Origin: Acidobacteriota bacterium
Lineage (GTDB): Bacteria > Acidobacteriota > UBA890 > WLXD01
Direction of reading: 5' to 3'
Length of the DNA: 64,000 bases
Assembly (NCBI GenBank): GCA_965248695.1
Contig: CBDFKD010000002.1
Coordinates: 2,656,001 to 2,720,000 of the forward strand
In this document: piece after piece, positions 1-9,736 of the stretch
Position numbering within the stretch: the stretch's first letter is position 1
How the letters are laid out: the number at the start of each line of letters is the position of its first letter
Translations under genes and position numbers: made by a program
The notes under the pieces: generated by a model
The model's database searches: none
Told to the model about the DNA's origin: nothing
What the model saw: the letters and a program-made list of their open reading frames with translations, nothing else

Positions 1-425
1 TCGAGCTCGCCAGCGGGGAACGTTGATGTCACGCCGTTCGCCAAATGCAGCATGGGAACCCATCTGGTTTCCTCCAGGTCGCCCGTGCCGAATCCGACCC
101 GGTGGTGGGCATGAAGATCGAACATGCCCGGCATGATCGTCTCGTCATCGTCCAGATCAATGACGAGCGCGCCCTGGACCTCGTAGCTGTCGAGGCCACC
201 GTCGACGTCGAGGAACTTCCCGCCCCGGATGAGGATCCCCTGGTTCTGCACGCGGGTGTCAGCGACGCCGTCGAACAACCACCCGCCACGAATCACCACC
301 CCCTGACCCGGCCGTGTCAGAAGCCCCGTGTCGGCAGCGGCTTGTCCCCGAAGCTCGCCCCCGCCCAGGATCACCGGAAGTCCGATGAGTACGAGTGCGA
401 ACGATGTGATCGTCGGAGCTCGCAT
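1..425 (-). CDS. Amidohydrolase family protein, 3' end cut by window edge (not in ORF track)
   Basis: Manual translation from ATG at 425: signal-like N-terminus MRAPTITSFALVLIGLPVILG, then VVIRGGWLFDG, IMPGMFDLHAH (metal-binding HxH) and LANGVTS. Frame stays open to position 1. Confidence 0.85.
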   Translation of the reverse strand, partial: MRAPTITSFALVLIGLPVILGGGELRGQAAADTGLLTRPGQGVVIRGGWLFDGVADTRVQNQGILIRGGKFLDVDGGLDSYEVQGALVIDLDDDETIMPGMFDLHAHHRVGFGTGDLEETRWVPMLHLANGVTSTFPAGEL

Positions 426-426
426 C

Positions 427-2439
427 TCAGCGCCCCTCGACGCCCGCAGGCGCGATTGGCAACACGACATGGGATGGATGCTCGGCCGAGTGGTGAATGC
501 GATTCAGCGCCACTATTCCCTCCGATTCGTCGTAGTTGTTGCCCCCGGTGTTCAGGTTGCGCTCGAAGTGCGGGAAGTTGCTGCTGGAGATCTCGAGTCG
601 GATCCGGTGTCCGGCGGCAAACCGGTTGCTGGTGGCCAGCGGTCCGACGTGCAGCTCGTAGACCTCACCTTCGGTCATCAGGACCGTCTGGTCATAGCCT
701 TCGCGGTAGCGCGCTCGCTGGATACTGTCGACCAGGTTGTACGCCGTGCCGTCGGGGTAGACATCGATGAGCTTGGCAGTGAAGTCAGTGTCGCGCGCAT
801 CCGACGACACGTAGAGCACCACGTCTACGAAACCGGTCACCTCGACGCTCTCCTCGAGCGGCGGCGTCGTGTAGACCAGGACGTCGTTGCGAGTCTCGAG
901 CGCCCGTTGGTCGAACGCCCCCGGCTGGAGCAGTTCGCCGGTACAGCAGACGGAGCCGCCGACCGATGGCGTGGGGTTGGCGGGATCGTAGAGGTACTCG
1001 TCGACGGGCTCCTCGCCGGTCGGCCGATCGATCGACAACCGGCCGTCCTCGAAGCCGCGGCTCGCCTCCCCGTCGCTGTGCAAGTAGTAGGTCTGCCGAT
1101 GCGTGCCGGCACGGGGAAACTCGTCGCTCGACACCCACTCGTCGCCGCCCATCACGTAGGCCTGTACGCGCGGGCGCTCGGTGACACTGTTGTCGACACC
1201 CTTCAGCCAGTAATCGAACCAGTCAACGAAGAGGGAGTCATAGTCGAAGCTCGCGTCGCCGACGTCGCGCTCGCCGACGATCGTGTGCTCGGTCTCGCGG
1301 CCGAAGGCACAGTGCTCCACCGGGCTGATGAGCATGTACTGGTTCTCGCCCGCCGCGTCGGTCCAGCCGTTGTCGCGCGCGTGGTTGTAGAGCGCGATGT
1401 TCGGAGCAACCCCGACGTCGTACCAGGAGAACATCCAGAGCATCGGTGTGCCGAAGCGGTCTCCATCGCCGCCGAAGTCGGTCTCCTTCCAGCGCGGATC
1501 GCCGGGGGTGCGCTGGACGAAGTCGTCGAAGTCGGTGACGGGCGCGTCGACGCGACGGAGAATGTCCTTGATGGGAAGCCACGACAACAGCTCGCCGATG
1601 TCCGCCGGGGGCGGCAATCGCGAATCCAGTGGAAAGGCCCGGGCAAGGCGGGTTCGTTCGGCCTGTGAAATATCGGCGGGGAACTCCGGGCGCAGCTTCT
1701 GACCGTTGGTCCAGTACCACATCGGCCATAACAGCTGAACGGCACCGCCGCGGTAGAAGTGTCCCTGCTCGTGGTAGGGGCCGGCGACCCCGATTCCTGC
1801 GCCCGGCGCCTGCGCGATCGCGGCGGCAAACGCAGGGTGGTTCATCGCTGACAGACCCAGCTGATGCTCGGCGCTCGACGAGCAGCCGATGGCCCCGACC
1901 TTGCCGTTGGACCAGGGCTGGCTCGAGATCCAGTCGACGGTGTCGTAGCCGTCGTGGCGTGCACCGGCCAGGAACTTCTGCGTGCCCTCCGACCAGAACG
2001 TGCCACGCTCATTCTGGAAGATGACGGCGTAACCACGCTCGAGAAACGGGCGCAGTAGCCGGGCGGTCGATTCTGATGTTTGTCGCCAGGCGATGCTGTA
2101 GGGCGTGCGCCAGAGGATCGTCGGCAGCTCGCTGGCCCGTTTCTTAGGGAACAGGGTCGTCGTGTCGAGCCCGACGCCGTCGCGCATGCGCACCAGTCGG
2201 TTGGCATCGACCCGCTCCAGCACGTCGGCGAACAAGGGCCAGTCCTCGACCTGCACGGCGCCGTGTAGGGCTCCGGGTGGCACGAGGCCAGGTCGGCCGG
2301 AGATCGACGTCGCGGATACAGCTGGCGACGGCGATCCGAGGGTCGAAAGGGCGCCCATGCCGACGATCCCTACGATACAGATTCCCCGACGCCGCCAACC
2401 GACGCGTGCGGCCGACTCCAAGGGGTCTCGACGCTTCAT
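427..2439 (-). CDS. CocE/NonD family serine hydrolase, secreted
   Basis: Motifs MRDGVGL, RTPY, ERGTFWSEG, DGYDTVDWISSQPWSNGKVG, nucleophile elbow GCSSSA, C-terminal GHRIRLEISSSNFP. Confidence 0.92.
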   Translation of the reverse strand: MKRRDPLESAARVGWRRRGICIVGIVGMGALSTLGSPSPAVSATSISGRPGLVPPGALHGAVQVEDWPLFADVLERVDANRLVRMRDGVGLDTTTLFPKKRASELPTILWRTPYSIAWRQTSESTARLLRPFLERGYAVIFQNERGTFWSEGTQKFLAGARHDGYDTVDWISSQPWSNGKVGAIGCSSSAEHQLGLSAMNHPAFAAAIAQAPGAGIGVAGPYHEQGHFYRGGAVQLLWPMWYWTNGQKLRPEFPADISQAERTRLARAFPLDSRLPPPADIGELLSWLPIKDILRRVDAPVTDFDDFVQRTPGDPRWKETDFGGDGDRFGTPMLWMFSWYDVGVAPNIALYNHARDNGWTDAAGENQYMLISPVEHCAFGRETEHTIVGERDVGDASFDYDSLFVDWFDYWLKGVDNSVTERPRVQAYVMGGDEWVSSDEFPRAGTHRQTYYLHSDGEASRGFEDGRLSIDRPTGEEPVDEYLYDPANPTPSVGGSVCCTGELLQPGAFDQRALETRNDVLVYTTPPLEESVEVTGFVDVVLYVSSDARDTDFTAKLIDVYPDGTAYNLVDSIQRARYREGYDQTVLMTEGEVYELHVGPLATSNRFAAGHRIRLEISSSNFPHFERNLNTGGNNYDESEGIVALNRIHHSAEHPSHVVLPIAPAGVEGR

Positions 2440-2521
2440 CGGATGCTCCCTTCCATCGCGCTACCAAAGAGGGGTGGGTTAGCGCGGGAAGGGTATCGTC
2501 AGATGGGGATAGATCCAACGA

Positions 2522-5275
2522 CTACCAGTTGAACGAGTGTGTCACCTTCAGCGTCAACGAACGGTCGTGGCGCCCGAAGTGTAGGCCGTCGTAGTCACCC
2601 GCCTGACGGTAGACGAGATAAATGTCGTCGCCGACGCGATAGATGTAGCGCAGCCGCGCGAAGATCGATAGCGAGTCCGACTGACTGTTGTACTGAACCA
2701 AAGCGTCGGTGAGCAACCGGTCAGAAAAGCTGTAGTTGGCGTTGGCGTTGAGCACGTTGGTCGTGAAGCTGCCCCCGGGCAGCTCGATCCGGTTGTAGCT
2801 GAAGCTCGGTGAGATGCGGAACCGCTCGTTGAGCCTGAACGATACGCGCGGCTCGATGGTGACGACGTCGCCGTCGTAGAGCTCGCCGATGCGTGCACTG
2901 AGGCTGGCGCTGATCGGGCGGCCGCCATACGTGGACAGGAATAAGAACACGTAGCGGAAGTCGTAATCCCCGGGCGGGATGGTCACGTCTGGATGGATCT
3001 GGAAGGGCAGGTCCAGTCGATCGAAGTTATCGACGAAGAAGGCACCGAGGCTGTCCCCAGACTCGAGGTTGATGACCGACGCCACCCACCGTCGCGCGCT
3101 GATCAACGTGCCGGATGTGTCGTGGAAGGTCGTGTCGGCAACGTTGAAGTTCACCGACCGGAGCCATGGAACGCTCGGTCGAGGGGTCCACGAGCCCCGG
3201 TAGGCTCGACGAATGATGTCCTCCCGAAGAACGAATCCCAGATCGCTTCGGAAGCCGGGGTCGATGCGCATGACGTCGAAGCTGGCGTTCCACAGGTCGC
3301 TTTGCCACGCGACCCTGATCTGGCCCGCGAGCTTACCTTCGTCGAGCTCGTCGTCCGTGGCACGCGCGCCGAACGCCGAGATGTTGAGGTTGTCGAAGAA
3401 GGTGAAGCTGGCGTCGGCTCCGACGACCGTGTTGATGGCGCCGTCGGGCCTCTGGACATTGGTCACCAAGGCTCCGACGCTGGAACGGGCCAGCACGTCC
3501 TGTCGCCAGCGGAACGCGCTGTAGCTCTGTCCGCCGCCGACCGTCGGGTCGCCGGTCTGCACGTGCAACAAGCCCAGGTTGCCGGCGCCGACCTTGCCGG
3601 TCACCCGACCGCCGAAGTCGATCGGAATCGGCGCGCCGTCATCCGATAGCCCGATGTTGCGCGAGTGGAAGAGACGGATGATGGGCGGGTCGGAACTGTC
3701 GAAGCGGTCGCGCTGAAGCTGGCCGAAGCTGAAATTGTTGGCCCCCTCGAGGAAGAAGTCGCGCTTTTCCGGAAAGAACAGCGAGAAGCGTGTCAGGTTG
3801 ACGCGCTGCTGGTCGAGCTCGACCTGGGCGAAATCGGTCTTGTAGGTGAGATCGGCCGTGAGGTTCGAGGTCAATTTCACCTTCAGCACGTCGATGCCGA
3901 GCTGGTTGGTGACGTCGGATTGCCGTCCGGGGTCCTCGAACACCGACGTGGCGCCGCCCAGGAAATACGGCTTGAGGCGGAAGCGCTGCGTGACCGAGAG
4001 GTCCTCGAATCCGCGCAGGTCACCGGCCTGCGAAACGGCGATGAACTCATAGTCGCGTCGGTAATTGCTCCATATCACCTGTTCGTTCTTGCGCCGGATC
4101 TGGCGTTCGAAATCGACTCCCCAGTCGGCAACGCCGGAGGAGAACCTCAGGATCGATAGCGGGATCACGAGCTCGGCCTCCCAGCCGCGCGCGGTGATCT
4201 GTCCAGCCGCCTGCCACGCCTCGTCCCAGTCGTTGTTGAGCTCGCTCTCGTTCCGGATCAGCGCGTCGTGCCGGGTGCCCAGAGCGTTGACCGTGAACTG
4301 AAAGGCGCTGCGGCCGTCGTGGAAGGTGTCGAACAGGACAGTGAAGGTGTCGTCGGACCCTCCTCTCCCCCCGCCGCTGCGCCCACCGAGAGCGTCGCGT
4401 CGCAACTCGGCCGCGAGGATGGAGCTCGGAGCGCTGTCGTAGGCGATGACGCCGACGTAGACGTTCTCGTCGTCGTAGAGAATGCGCACCTCGGTGCGCT
4501 CGGATGCTGGCTGTCCCTCGTTGGGCTCGCGCTGAAGAAAGTCGCTGGCAACGTCGGCGCCGACCCAGATGGCCTCGTTCACCAGCCCGTCGAGCACCGG
4601 TACTTCCGACGCGCGCCCGACCACCATGCTCGGCGCGACGCCCGGGGCTCGTATGGTGCGCGGCGCTGCCGGCGCCCCGGTCGTAGGGGCGGCACCAAGC
4701 GTTCCTGGCGGCGGGCTGGCGGTTCCAAACCTCTCCGGCGGCGCCACCAAGGAGGGCTGGCCGGAGGCCGGCGGAGCGGTGATCAGCGGGCCGCTCAGGT
4801 CGTCTCTAAAGGCGGCACCCGCAGCGCCAACGCCGGCAACGCTGCCAGCGTCGGTCGGCGTGACCGGCACGACGATGATCTGAACACGCCCCGGGGAACC
4901 AGGTCTCGAAGGTGTCACCATGCGCACGGGGATGACACGCCGCGCCGGCGGCGAGGGCATCGGCAGCCTCTGCTGCAACGGTGGAAGTTCGCTCGGCGCT
5001 TGATCGTTGACGGGCATGTTCGTATCAGGCCGGTCGCTCACCATGCGCACCGGGATGGAGCGGCGCGAGCGCGGTGGCCGGTCGGTGCGTCGTTCCTGCT
5101 CCCGCGTTCCCTGGCTCTGGCTCGCGGACTCAGTAGGGACGCTGCCCGTGGGTGTAGGCTCCGCCGCTGAGGGTGGGGCGATCGCCAGCACGAGCGACGC
5201 GCACACGAGCAGTGGACGGGCGCACGCGCGCACGGCGAGGCCGTTGTCCGAGACTGGAGAGACCAGTGACAGCAT
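2522..5275 (-). CDS. DUF5916 / CBM9-like outer-membrane protein with Pro-rich N-terminal extension
   Basis: LDGLVNEAIW, FLQREPNEG, DTFHDGR, DFAQVELD..VNLTRFSLFFPEKRDFFLEG; beta-barrel-like C-terminus ending HSFNW; signal peptide. Confidence 0.88.
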   Translation of the reverse strand: MLSLVSPVSDNGLAVRACARPLLVCASLVLAIAPPSAAEPTPTGSVPTESASQSQGTREQERRTDRPPRSRRSIPVRMVSDRPDTNMPVNDQAPSELPPLQQRLPMPSPPARRVIPVRMVTPSRPGSPGRVQIIVVPVTPTDAGSVAGVGAAGAAFRDDLSGPLITAPPASGQPSLVAPPERFGTASPPPGTLGAAPTTGAPAAPRTIRAPGVAPSMVVGRASEVPVLDGLVNEAIWVGADVASDFLQREPNEGQPASERTEVRILYDDENVYVGVIAYDSAPSSILAAELRRDALGGRSGGGRGGSDDTFTVLFDTFHDGRSAFQFTVNALGTRHDALIRNESELNNDWDEAWQAAGQITARGWEAELVIPLSILRFSSGVADWGVDFERQIRRKNEQVIWSNYRRDYEFIAVSQAGDLRGFEDLSVTQRFRLKPYFLGGATSVFEDPGRQSDVTNQLGIDVLKVKLTSNLTADLTYKTDFAQVELDQQRVNLTRFSLFFPEKRDFFLEGANNFSFGQLQRDRFDSSDPPIIRLFHSRNIGLSDDGAPIPIDFGGRVTGKVGAGNLGLLHVQTGDPTVGGGQSYSAFRWRQDVLARSSVGALVTNVQRPDGAINTVVGADASFTFFDNLNISAFGARATDDELDEGKLAGQIRVAWQSDLWNASFDVMRIDPGFRSDLGFVLREDIIRRAYRGSWTPRPSVPWLRSVNFNVADTTFHDTSGTLISARRWVASVINLESGDSLGAFFVDNFDRLDLPFQIHPDVTIPPGDYDFRYVFLFLSTYGGRPISASLSARIGELYDGDVVTIEPRVSFRLNERFRISPSFSYNRIELPGGSFTTNVLNANANYSFSDRLLTDALVQYNSQSDSLSIFARLRYIYRVGDDIYLVYRQAGDYDGLHFGRHDRSLTLKVTHSFNW

Positions 5276-5431
5276 TGCTCCTTACGTTACTGCTTGGGGG
5301 CTCGCGAACTCGACCGCTGGTTTCGAGCCGGAGAGCACTACGGGTCGCGCGTGGCCGGAGCTCGGCAACGGCGTCCTGACGTGCTGGGGGATGACCGGGG
5401 CGGGGCCCCGGTCTGCGTCACCCGGTCGCCG

Positions 5432-7644
5432 TCAGCCGCTCTCTGTCACCCGGAGGGGTAACAAGCGGACCGCCTGTTGTTGCGCTGCCACATCGACGAT
5501 CTTCAGCTCGACCAGGTACTGACCCGGGTCCAGCCGCGGCAACGGCAGAGTGCCCCCGTGGACTCCCGGATATACGGGCGGCAGGGCGGTTGGCGAACCT
5601 TCTAGGATGGGCGCGTCGGTCCCCTCGCGACGAACCGTGAGCACGAGCTGCGGGCTCGCCGCGCCACTGACCTGCACGCTCGTGGCGAGCTGCAGGCCGG
5701 CACGGGCCGCCGAGGTCAGCAGGGGCCGGAGCATCCTGGTCTCGGGATCCACGGCGACGAGCATGGGATCGGCCATGAGCCAGCCATCCTGGCTCGACGG
5801 CACCTCGACCTGCAGCCTCGCGGTGCCGATGCGATCCCCCCCTTCCTCGCTGACGAGCATGCGCACGTCATAGACGCCCGGGTCCACCTGTATTTCCTTC
5901 ACGTAGTTGGAGAATCGTGCGGGGTTCGCTGTGGACTGCGTTCCCCCCGCGACCTCAGGCGACACCGTCGTATGGAACTCGCCGCCCAGCCCTCCGGCGC
6001 TACTGAAGGCGACGGCGTGCACCTGGAAGCGCGAGATACCGAGTCGCTGAATCGCCTGTTCGTCCATCCCCGCTTGGGCGTTGACAGCCCCGAAGGCGGG
6101 CGCCCAGCTGCCGAGAACCGTTTCCTCCTGTCCCGGCAACCCGATGACCAGGTAGATGCTCGAAGAGCCGTCTGGGGTGAATCGATGCAGCGCCTGTGCC
6201 GGCAGAGGTCGTCCCGCCACGAGCCCCGGGAACGACAGTGCGGCCGTGACCTCGCGCTTGATCCGTACCGCAGCAGGCAGCTCCCGGTATCCCGGGCGCG
6301 CACGCACTTCGGCGCCAGGAACGTCGACCCGGACCTGGATCTCGTGCAGCTCGCCTTCCTCGCGAGGCGCTGACGGCTCGTAGGAGATCATGTAGAACTG
6401 CGCCGAGTCGACGTACTGCTCTTGGAAAGCGCGGTCGAGATCGGACCAGCCGATAAACGATCGGCCTCCCGTTCTCGCCGCCACCTCCGCCAGTGGACCC
6501 GTCAGCTCGGCGTACGCCGGGCGCACGTTTCGACGCAGCGCCCTGGCCAGCTGGTTGTCTCCGACCGCTGCCCGGGTGCCCAGCGAGCCGAGCGACCCGG
6601 TCGGTCGGGGGTCGACGATGTAGATGCTGACGTTGCCGCTGTTGGCGGCCTCGATCAGGTTGGTCATCACATCGATAACCCTCTGGTCGGGCGCTGACCA
6701 GGTGAGGTTCGAGCCACCCATATCCGCGGCCACGGCCTCTCGCACTGCCTCGGCGAAAGCGCCGAAGGGTCCGCTTTCGGTCACCATGGCGCCCGACGAG
6801 ATCCACACCAGGGCTGTCCGGCCCTCCATGAGCGCAAGAGCATGGGTGAGCTCGGTGAGCTGACGCAACGTGTACCCGACGCGCTGTCGCACTAGCTCGC
6901 CATCAGCCCTCGCCTTTGTTTCCACATTCCGAACGTAGTCGCGAATTTTGTTCGCCGAGCCCCCGGCGCCATTCAGTACATCGAGGGCGCCCTTCATCGC
7001 GGGGGCATACTCGCGGACCATGCGATCGAAGATCGAGTCGCTCGACGGCCCGGCGTCGATCACCAGGCGAAAAGCGTCCCGCAGTGCTTCTCGATTCGTA
7101 GTCAACGGTGCCAGCTGGCGCAGCGCGCCCCCGTCGCCGAGCATGAACACGCTGTGCGGAATTGCCAGATCGCCCTCCCCGTCGAACCGAGCGCTGAGCG
7201 CCTCCGATAGCTGTGGGTGATCCGACTGATCGAGGCTCGGCTGATCGACGAAGTAGACGATCGCCCCGAGGGTGGCGGCGCTGCGCATCTCGGCAGCCGG
7301 CACACTCGAGCCACGGGAGCCGACACTCGTGACCTGTCCACTCTCCAAGTTGACCAGCTGAACTGCGGCAATCTCCTGCACGACACCGTCTTCCTGCAGG
7401 CGGAAATCCTCCCCGCTGTGAGGTTGTCGATGAAGTTCCCGTCGCCGTCGACGACCAAAGTGTCGACGCGGACTCGGTTGACGGCGGAGCGGAACGTCGG
7501 GGCTTGCCCCGACTGCGTCGGCTCCCGCAGCAGCGGCTGCCGGGCCTCAGCGTGCGCGCCAACGACGGCGACGCTCGACAGGCCGAGGCACGCCGCCGTC
7601 AGCGCGAGCACTTTGCAACGCGTAGAAATCGAGTCTCTATCCAT
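5432..7644 (-). pseudogene. Acidobacterial VWA-domain protein, frameshifted near 7412
   Basis: N-terminal frame gives signal peptide plus PTFRSAVNRVRVDTLVVDGDGNFIDNLTA. After a G-run indel the other frame continues EDFRLQEDGVVQEI, GRTALVWISSG, ARTGG, FYMISYEP, VRARPGY. Sequencing error or true pseudogene. Confidence 0.8.
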
Positions 7645-7689
7645 GACCGAAGAGTACTCTGCGAGCGACTCATGACACAGTGCTCCGCG

Positions 7690-9168
7690 TCAGGAGCGAA
7701 CGCCACGAGCAAACGGGTTGAGAATCCCGAGCCGGTCACGCAATGGCACGACGTTGCCGTCTGCATCGCGTAGCGGCCATGGCGGATCGACACCCTGGGT
7801 GAGCGGGGTTGCTATCAGCACACCCAAAGCACTTGCCAACAAACCGAATAGATCCGCCGGCAGGGTTGGGAACAACCTCCCGCTAATGAGCCAGGTCATG
7901 ACTCCGGCGATCATGCCGGTAAGGGCGCCACAACGATTTGCCTTCGACCACCAGATCCCGGCAATGAACGGCGCCGCCATACACACCAGGGTGATCGAAA
8001 CGGCATCGAGCATCAGCGAGTAGATCGTCTGCACATAGAGCGCAATCACGAGGGCCGTGGAACCGAGTACAGGAACCGCGAGACGCGCCGTCATCAAACG
8101 TGTCCGATCGCTGACCGCGGGAAAGAAGAAGGGCACGATGTCCGAAGCGACGATGCTCGCCGGCGACAGCAATGCGCTGTCGGCGCTGCTCATGATCGCG
8201 GCCAGCAGTGCCCCGACGAAAATCGCCATCGCGACCGGGTGCAGAAGACGCATCGCCAACTCGGGGACAACGAGCTCCGGGTCGACCAACCCCGGCAACG
8301 CGATGGCGCCGGCCATGCCCAAGAAGACCGGGATCATGCCGATGGTCAGATATCCGATTGCGGCCAGATAGGCGGCGTTCTGGGCAACCGACTCGTCACG
8401 ACTCGACAATGTTCGTTGCAGAACGTTCTGGCTCGGCAAGCTACCAAGACCGACGATCGCCCAGGCTCGCAGATAGTTGAGCCAGGACCCAAGATCGTGC
8501 TGTCGCGGAACCATGCGGAAGCTGCCCTCGGGCAACGCCGCCATCACGGCATTGACCCCGCCGAGCTCGCTGATGACGAGTGGCAGCAAAAGCACCAAGC
8601 CCGCTGTCAAGATCAAGACCTGAGCGAAATCGGTCAGCGCCACCGCCCACATCCCGCCCGCCGCTGTGTAGACCAGGACGATCACCGTCGCGATCAGGAC
8701 TCCGGTAGTGGTCGAGATCCCCACAATCGCATGCAGGATGTAGCCGAAGGCAACCAGTTGCGCCCCGGCCCAGCCAACGTTGGTGGTACAAATCGCCACC
8801 GCCGCCAGCATGCCTGCGGTATCACCGTATCGGCTCTTGAAGAAGCCGACTACCGTCAGCAACCGCAGCCGGCGCAGCATCCGAGCAAAGAACAGACCGA
8901 TCAGAACGAGCACCAGCGCCGCAGCAAAGGGAACTGCGATGACGCCCAGAAAGCCGTCTGTATACGCGGCGCCCGCGGCACCCATCACGGTGCCAGCGGA
9001 CATCCAGGTGGCCACCAGCGTCGACGTACAGAGCCACAGGGGAAGACGGCGACCGGCGACGACGAACTCGTCGGCGCTCCCGACGCGGCGCGCAGCGACG
9101 ACGCCGATCACCAGCATGCCGAGAAGATAGAGACCGACACCGGTGAGAACGATCTGTTGATCGCTCAC
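7690..9168 (-). CDS. Sodium:solute symporter (choline-transporter-like subfamily)
   Basis: Many hydrophobic segments; FVVAGRRLP, ATW, YTAAGGMWAVALTD, QRTLS, AAIMSSADS. Confidence 0.92.
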   Translation of the reverse strand: MSDQQIVLTGVGLYLLGMLVIGVVAARRVGSADEFVVAGRRLPLWLCTSTLVATWMSAGTVMGAAGAAYTDGFLGVIAVPFAAALVLVLIGLFFARMLRRLRLLTVVGFFKSRYGDTAGMLAAVAICTTNVGWAGAQLVAFGYILHAIVGISTTTGVLIATVIVLVYTAAGGMWAVALTDFAQVLILTAGLVLLLPLVISELGGVNAVMAALPEGSFRMVPRQHDLGSWLNYLRAWAIVGLGSLPSQNVLQRTLSSRDESVAQNAAYLAAIGYLTIGMIPVFLGMAGAIALPGLVDPELVVPELAMRLLHPVAMAIFVGALLAAIMSSADSALLSPASIVASDIVPFFFPAVSDRTRLMTARLAVPVLGSTALVIALYVQTIYSLMLDAVSITLVCMAAPFIAGIWWSKANRCGALTGMIAGVMTWLISGRLFPTLPADLFGLLASALGVLIATPLTQGVDPPWPLRDADGNVVPLRDRLGILNPFARGVRS

Positions 9169-9242
9169 GGCACCTGGTTCTTGGCCATAGTCTTCGTCAG
9201 GTCAGAACCTTCAATCATCCACCCCACAGAGGAGCCCGCGCC

Positions 9243-9689
9243 ATGAGCGAAAGTGAAGTCAAGCCGCAGGTCGTGAGAGAAGGCGACGTGAAGATGGTTG
9301 GGCCCGGCCATGACGCCAGCCATTACATCTCCGTTCCCATCAAGCAATTCTTCCGGCTGAAGAACGTGGGCAACGTCGGTGTCTGTCACATGGAACCGGG
9401 TGATGAGACGTGCGTATTCGCAATCGAGGAAGACGACGATGGGACGGCACCGCACCACTATGGCGCCTGCGACGAGTTCTACTACATCCTGTATGGCGAG
9501 TTTACGGTTTGGTGGGGAAAAGACGCCGCCAATCTGGACCAGTCCTACGCGCTCGAAGAAGGCGACTGCGCGTATTATCCGACGGGCTGGAAGTACAAAG
9601 TGAAGAACACCGGGAGCTCACCCGGCAAGTTCTTCTACTACATGTCATCGCCGCGCAGCGGGATTCAGCGGCTCGACAAGGTGACCTAG
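9243..9689 (+). CDS. Cupin-domain protein
   Basis: MEPGDE..HHY..DEFYYILYGE..LEEGDCAYYPTG..VKNTG; GAGGAG Shine-Dalgarno upstream. Confidence 0.85.
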   Translation: MSESEVKPQVVREGDVKMVGPGHDASHYISVPIKQFFRLKNVGNVGVCHMEPGDETCVFAIEEDDDGTAPHHYGACDEFYYILYGEFTVWWGKDAANLDQSYALEEGDCAYYPTGWKYKVKNTGSSPGKFFYYMSSPRSGIQRLDKVT

Positions 9690-9736
9690 TGGCCGGTAAC
9701 ACTTCCACCACGGCCTGCTCGAGAGTGAGTTAGAGG

